The position numbers and the translations under genes were made by a program. A stretch of 64,000 nucleotides of DNA from the human T2T-CHM13v2.0 reference genome, Homo sapiens, in the NCBI RefSeq assembly GCF_009914755.1, contig NC_060947.1. One strand, written 5' to 3'. Each line of letters opens with the position of its first letter. The first letter of the stretch is position 1. Below are positions 57,061 to 64,000 of the stretch, piece after piece. The notes under the pieces were generated by a model. The model was not told where the DNA came from. It searched no databases and saw only the letters and a program-made list of their open reading frames with translations.

Positions 57061-60000
57061 GAAGGTATTCATGAACTTAAACATGAATTCTCCAGAGTAC
57101 TGGTGGGAAAGGATGTGGGCACAGGTGTGTCCAAGACACTAACTTGGGGAGAGGGTCCCAGAGAGTGAGGATGGAACGTTGACCATGAACAACACCTTTC
57201 TTCCCCAGTTTACCTGAGACTGCTTTCTTTTTCCACCCTGGTTCTGTCTCCCTTCCTGTCAGCTTGAGGCTTCTTACCTTTCTCAACCTTACCCTGAGGC
57301 TTTCATTTATAGGGTATCTGGGAAACAGGTTTGACCAAGGTGCAAACAAGGTTAAAATGCCACCCTGCAGGGCCATCAGCAACTTTTTTTTCCAGAGAGA
57401 CTTGGGTGGATTATCTATATATTCTCGTGGTAGCACCTTGACACACCCCTGCTTCTGTTACCCACCTCAGAAGGGACCTCGTGGAGACTGAAGCCAGAGA
57501 TGCACAGATAGGAAGCCACAGCCCCCAGGCTCCTCTGGTGCCCACCCTCGACTGCACCCCTTGGTTCTACCCTGCTCAACTCTTCTTGTTCTGCTGGGCT
57601 TTCTCCAGGATAAGAGGGAGGTGCCTCCCTACTCCCAGGCCCCGAAGGCCTCTGCCTCCCCAGGGCTAGCCTAGGTTCCCAAGGAGAGGGTGCTAGGGTC
57701 CAGTTTGCCCTGTGTCAGAGAGGGGCAATGAGGGGAGGGCCAGAGTGGGCCTTTCTCTCTTGTTCCTGAATCAATGGTGACTCCGGGTTCCAGCCCAGAA
57801 GGAATCAAAAGTGTCCCCACACCAGGCCATCCCCTTCCTACTCAAGAGCCCTGCTGGACTAGCGAGGTTCTCCTCCCCTCTCCCAATCTGAAAGCCCTGC
57901 TGCTTTCCATCGTGCCAAAGCCAACCCATTCTTTCAGGCCCTGCTGGAAGCGGCCGCCATAAAGAGACTCTCCCTTCCTAGTTTGCTTTGGCACCATCCA
58001 AGCTCCAGACCTGCAGACCCCAGGAGCAGTAAGCTTAAGGCCTTTCCCTTAAGGAGCAGGAGGCTGGACCAGGTTTGCAAAGGCCTGAGGTCACGCCAGT
58101 GCTTTGTTCCCCACTGGCCTTGGGTGCAGCTGCTCCACTCCTTCCTGCTATACCCTCAGCTCCTCAGAGCCCTGGTCCTAGACTCTGACGTCTCCTGTGT
58201 CCTCTACAGTGATTAGCAGGATAGGCATTCAATAAATCCTCAGTCGGTACTCAATACATAGCAGGCCCTTGGTCAATAAATGATGGATTGATTAATTGAA
58301 GTGCTTGGTCGCTTTGGTACAAGGCCGAATGAGGTGCTGCCATCATTCATTTCTCTGTGCACCTGGGCAGGCAGATTATGTTGCCTTAAAACTGAGCAGT
58401 TCTTTTTCTTATTATTTATTATTTCTTTGTTTTGTTTTCTTTGTTTCTTTTTCTTTTTTACTGCTACAGCCTATGAACCAAAAAGGCAGAGGGGATAGGG
58501 AGAAGAAAGGGGCTGGAAGCCTGGGAGGAGTCCCACAAAGGAAAATTCTGCATCTCCATCTCAGGTCCCCTAATTTTCACTGGATTCTGTGATCTGGGGG
58601 ACTAAGGGTGCCAAGCTCTTCTGAGCCCTGAGATGGTAGTCTTGAGCTTGTCCAAGAACTTATGAGTCAGCTTTGGATACAAATCATGCCTGCTGGTAAT
58701 TCCCACACCACCTTTTTGACTTTGTTTCCCTGTTTCTCCTCTATTTCTTGGAGTGGAGAGCAGTGTCCCCACCTACTCACAGCCTGTGAGCCATTTACTT
58801 GATGGCAACACACGTGAGACAGGCTGGGGAAAAGACAAAGGAAGAGAAGAAGAGGAGCTATTGGTTTAGTTACAAACCTTGAGCTAGTGGAATATTAGAT
58901 TGATGGGGGTATTCTGTGCTGTAGATAGTCACATTTGTTATTAGAGAAATCTGTCATAGAATCTGGCAATACTGACTTCACTGGGGGCTCAGTTCCACTA
59001 AGCCGGTAATGTAATTTTCTGAATAGGCCAGGCAGAGAGCTAAGAATCACTGTGAATTCAGGTCAACCTGGGGACTTTGAGACTTCATGGAGCGTGGACT
59101 GGGAATTGGCTCTTGAAAGGCCTTCCTTTAAACAGCTCCTCCACCTTCCGGTAAACCCTTTCACCTGGTGTCAGTCAGCCTGGAGTTTCCGCCCCCCCCC
59201 CAACAACTCCCCCCACCCCAACCCACCCAGTAGTTTCTGAACCAACAAGCAGATACAAAAGGAAGAGGGACTTCTGCGACCTGTTCTGGGGCCTCTCCAT
59301 GCACCACGCAGTTTCTTTAGCAGTGCATTATCAGGTGATAGTAGGTTCCTCCCTGCCACCTCCAAAATGCCTCAAGCCAAATTAAGTCCACTCCAGCTTG
59401 CCTGTCTGCTTACATTTACTGCTGAGTGTGGAGGCTGAGTGTGGGACCGGGTCAGGCTTTGCTGCCTGGCATTTGCCTCTGAGCAGACTGCTTGCCTGAC
59501 ACTGGGGAGAGTAGGCTTTTCCTTGGGAAGTATGATGAGCTTGACTTGGACCCCCAGCAGGCTTCCAAATGCCTGTCCCCAGGGAAGCCTACCACTGAGC
59601 AAGCAGAAGTGTGATGCCTCAGTAACCTGGCTGTTACATAAGATGTGCTAGTTATGAGTCAGGGCCCTCAGGCTGGCCTAGGCCCAGCCTAGTCTGGGAG
59701 TGAGGCTAAACGGCAGCGCTGAAGGAGGGGTGTCTTGGGAGTGGGGTAAGCCAGGAAGGAGCTGCTGGAGTCGCTTCCTTTCCTCTCACTTCTCACCCCC
59801 TTCTTCCTTAGGGATAGCTCTAGCCAATCACCAGCCTAGATAGCACGGAGCGGGAATCCTGGCCAGACCCCTAAGCTGTGAACAGCTGCTCTCCATCTCC
59901 CCTGAAGAGAAGATTAGAAGAAGTGGGTTGAATACTCAAGCCTATTCTGTGAGTAAAGTCTTCCTTCGAGGAAGGATGGGGAAGGTCCCTGTGTGCTCTG

Positions 60001-60582
60001 TCCATAGGCAGGGGCCCGATTTCTGGCTGGACCTATTTGAGGAAAGTGGCTCCCAGGAGAGGAAGGCCAATGGTGAGCCTGGATCATCAGTGATCCAGCC
60101 TGCTTCCAGCTCTTGTTTTCCCTCGGGCTAGTGTCTGCACAATGGGAAGCTTCCCATTCAGTCTTCTGTGCTGGCTGGGATCTTAATGCCTCTTATACAG
60201 TTTCCAGAAGGGCCACAGCTACTTTGGGGCAGGAATTTTCAGCTAGAAGGTACAAGTGAACTTGCCTTGCCTACTGATGAAATTCCCTCCTGCCTGGAAT
60301 AGAATCGAGAAAAGCTTGCTTTCTGCTCTCACAGATCGCATCTTAGCCCCACTCCAACTCTAGTTAAGCTGGATTTCAGCATGGTAGACAGTGGCCTCCA
60401 AAAGACATTTTCCCTGACCTGACTCTTCATCAAACCTAGGTTGCCCTGAAACTGGGATCTAGCCTTCTGGCCTTCATGGGGCTCCTCCTAGCCCATGGGG
60501 TTCTGTGGAGGGCCTTTTCTGCCAAAGCTGTGGTGCTACAGCAATGCCCTAACCCTTGTCCCATTATTGCAGACTTTGGGAC

Positions 60583-60597
60583 AGCACAGTATGTTCT
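60583..60597 (+). promoter_or_regulatory. Near-consensus GRE AGCACAgtaTGTTCT
   Basis: One mismatch from AGAACAnnnTGTTCT; motif only. Confidence 0.5.
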
Positions 60598-61862
60598 GGG
60601 CCATTATTGTTCTCTTTATTTAAAAGGAAATTTCATCTTTCTGACCCCTGTGGTCATGGACTCCTCTCCCCTGAGTTCACTGAGCACACAAAATACCCCA
60701 TCAAATGAACCCATGTTTTAGTCTCAACTTAGCACATTGGTTTCTCCAGGGTTCAAGAGGCTATTGCACGATACCAACCAATTTGTTATATAAGCCCAGC
60801 CAGCCATGGCAGATTATGGCTTTACAGTTATCTCTAGGGATGGCTTACATAAGAAGAAGAGAAAGTTCAGGTAGGAGCAGAATCACGATGAGCAAACAGC
60901 GCAACAGCCACCACCAGGTGCAGACATGGCCAAACTCATTCCTCCCAACCAACCCACCCACCAGGTGGGGGCAAGAACTCTGCAGGGTTCCATCACCCGG
61001 GATGCCTAGAGGTCTTGGCAGTCTTGGCCAGATACATCCATCTCCATTTTACCCAGACTCCCTGGCCTTCAGTACCTGATCTGGAAAGGAGCCAACCCTC
61101 TACCTGGAATGGAGAGCTTGTTGGATTATCTGCAAGTGCAAATATAAGCAGGAGTGTTAACCTTCTCTTCAGGCAGGGAAGAAAACTAAGGTCACCCTGG
61201 AAAGCATTATTTGCTGAGGTGTGGACTCAGTAAATAATAGTCCACTCCTGGCAAAAACTGAGGAGTAGATGAAATTCAAGCTCTGTGCTTCCCACCTTTC
61301 TTTAAGAGCATGAACTTTCCAAACAGATCTTTTGAACTCTCATGCTGTCCAGGCCCCGTGCTGTAACAGCCCAAGCTAGGCCTTCCATGGACTCCAGCCC
61401 CATCTCTCTACCTCTCTCCTCCAAAGTTGGCTTTGCCACATTCCAGTCCCATAGGACCCTATTCCCAGTGGGCTGTCACCATGACCAGAGGTCTGATAAA
61501 CAAATCCATACAAAGTAGTTAATGGCAAGTAATGGTGTCACATGTTACTCTTTAAAAAGGTATGCTAGACCTTGGCCATTCATGAGAGATACACACTAAA
61601 ACTTTTGCCAGTCTCCAACTCATGGATGCAATCTCCAAAGCATGTCATTTCCCCCATAAAAAGTCCATTCCCAGGCAGCACCATCACTTTGCCAAACTTT
61701 GTAGCTTTCTCTTCGTTGTAATCACTAGCACCAGCAGCTGGCTTAGAGAGGGAGCATTCTCCTCAAGGAATGCCCTGAGACATTTGCTCATTTTATGACA
61801 GGTTCCTACGTATGTGTTGACTACGAGCAGTAGACCACAAAATTGTGTTGAAAAGTAGGTGC

Positions 61863-62395
61863 TGGGCAATGCCACTCCTAGGTATATACCCCAAAGAATT
61901 AAAAGCAGGGACTTGAACAGATACTTGTACACCAGTGTTCATAGCAGCATTCTTCATAATAGCCAAAAGAGGGCAACAACCTAAGTGTCCACTGACAGAT
62001 GAATGGATAAGCAAAAGAGGTATATCCATACAATGGAATTTTATTCAGCCATAAAAAGAATGAAGTACTGATATGTGCTACAACATGGATGAACTTTAAA
62101 ACATGTTGAGTGAAAGAAATCAGACACAAAATATTGTATGATTCAATTTATATGAAATATCTAAATAGGCAAATCCATAGAGACAGAAAGTAGAATAGAG
62201 GTTACCAGGGGGTAGTGGGAGGGGAAAATAGGGAAACGGTGAGTTATTCTTTAATGGGTACAGAGTTTTTGTTTGGGATGATGACAAAATTTTGGGAATG
62301 ATAATGGTTGCACAACATTGTTAATATACCTAATGCTACTGAATCGTACACTTAGAAATGGTTAAAATGGCAAATTTTATATCTATTTTACCACT
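61863..62395 (+). mobile_element. L1MB-like 3' fragment followed by (TA)n/(CT)n/(CA)n repeats
   Basis: CCACTCCTAGGTATATACCCAAAG...GTTCATAGCAGCATT...GATGAATGGATAA...AATGGTTAAAATGGCAAATTTTAT. Confidence 0.9.
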
Positions 62396-62449
62396 ATATA
62401 TATATATGTACTATGTACAATATATGCATATAATACATCTCTCTCTTTC

Positions 62450-62490
<41 letters not shown>

Positions 62491-63699
62491 GATGTGGGGT
62501 AGGGCACCAGGCTCACTCATTGGTGAAAGGACCGGCCCCCACCTACTAGTCTCCTTGCACATGTGATTCACATCTGTGCCTCAGCAAAAACACAGTTTCT
62601 TACCAGTCTGAGTTCTCATGAAGTATCCAAACCATGAATGTTAAGTTTGCAAATGCATTTGTGCTTTTAATGGAGAAGGTCCCTTAATCCAAGAATGCCT
62701 ATTCTTTGTCAGACCACTAGGCACTCAGGAAATAGTTATTTTAAATTACTTTGGGCTATGAAAGGACTTTTGAAGCTTGATACCAAAAGCAAAAATCACA
62801 AAGGCAAAGAATGACAGGCTTAACCACACAGAAACCCAAAACCGCTCTACAGCGAGTAACTCCATCCTCAAAATCAAATGGTAAATTAGTTGACAATGCG
62901 TTGCAATCTCTAATACAGGGTTTCTCACAGTGTGGTCTACATACCAGCGGTGCTCTGGGAGAGGAATTTTAGATGGTACATGGACAGAGAACTGAATCTT
63001 AAATAGTATGAACTTAGGCACTGCAGCAGGCAGCCACTCAAATCATGCCGTGTGAGTGGCCACCACCTCAGAAGCCAGGTCCAGGAATATACATTATGAA
63101 ATTACTTGTTCTGAGACTCACTTAGAGAAGCACAAATAATTTTTTGCACAAATTTTTCTTGAAAACCTGATCTCTGAATCTATATCCTTCCCCTTTGTTA
63201 CTATATTAATAGGGGATATTAAATGAATTAGCACACATAAAGCAATTAGAAATGTTTGCTATTTTTATCATTTTCTGAGCATTTATATATGGGAACCAGT
63301 TGGGGCCAGGTCAGAAGCTTAAAGGTAGAATCCTAGGGTTTTTAGAGCTGGAAGGGAAATCGGATTCAGAGTATTTCAGACCACACTAGCCAGGTACGCT
63401 CTGGGGTCAAAGGTAGAATAGAGCTGATTAAGAGGTTTTGGGTAAAATCTTAGAAAAAAATTTGAGGTTACAGCAACAGCAATCACAACGAATACTGTCA
63501 AAGCTCCTGTTACAGGTTGTTATACCTTACAGGTCAGAAAAATTAAGGAAGGCTCTTCAAATGTCAACTTGGGAAGCTTTTTCATATGCTACATTTAAAT
63601 TGGAAACTTCTGCTGTTTGCCCAGAATATTCTATCTCCCTCCTAAGTTTTCCAGTATTAGAAGCATATTCAAATGACAAGGGGGAAGTCCCCTAACAAC

Positions 63700-63789
63700 A
63701 GGGTGACCAACCATCCCAGTTTCCCTAGGACTGTTCCAGTTTGAGCACAGGCAGTCCTATGTCACAGGACTGGGATGGTTGGTTTCCCT
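63700..63789. mobile_element. MER94/MER81-like hAT-Blackjack MITE (hairpin-forming)
   Basis: Terminal inverted repeats AGGGTGACCAACCATCCCAGT ... ACTGGGATGGTTGGTTTCCCT. Confidence 0.75.
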
Positions 63790-64000
63790 ACCTAATAAGG
63801 ACATTTTGACCATTTGGAAAGGTTCTGAGCTCACATTTACCTCTGCTTCATAGACAATTCTTAAGTGTTACAAGAATTTCTTTAGCATTAGTTTAGTTAC
63901 TGAGTGTTCTTAACAATTCTTTCTTCATAGACAATTCAGGCTCTGCTCTTCATTGTGAGGCATTGGGCAAGATACTTAATTTTTTCCAAGCCTCAATTTC

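Noticed and set aside
61793-62129. Minus-strand ORFs within the L1 fragment
   Set aside because: Antisense translation of a decayed L1 3' region with no intact ORF2.

Overview
Human-like (primate) genomic DNA. The window holds the complete short transcription unit of TSC22D3 (GILZ/DSIPI; from recall this gene is on Xq22) on the minus strand. It has three coding exons (9569-9448, 8708-8657, 7507-7277) giving the 134-aa GILZ protein, a ~1.3 kb 3' UTR with two AATAAA signals, and a CpG-rich TATA promoter with CRE half-sites, octamer and FOXO motifs. Upstream lie the well-known GILZ glucocorticoid receptor site (AGAACATTGGGTTCC) and a cluster of GRE-like sites. The remaining ~54 kb has no other recognisable protein-coding gene. 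By inference it is the large intron of the long (L-GILZ) isoform, whose first exon is not in the window. It is filled with Alu, MIR, L1, L2 and DNA-transposon remnants. The most interesting observations are: (1) a candidate alternative first coding exon at ~52.2-52.4 kb, built from an acidic 6-aa repeat plus an exonised MIR and ending in a phase-compatible GTAAGT donor; (2) a similar candidate at ~34.5 kb beside a GA/Z-DNA/CpG-rich segment; (3) a GILZ 5' leader that is open in-frame, with CTG/GTG codons in strong Kozak context; (4) an intact MER85 piggyBac MITE; (5) a tailless 5S rRNA retropseudogene near the GRE region; (6) a perfect 61-bp tandem duplication; (7) two near-consensus distal GREs. 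All candidate exons and regulatory sites are sequence-only predictions, and repeat family names come from recalled consensus sequences.
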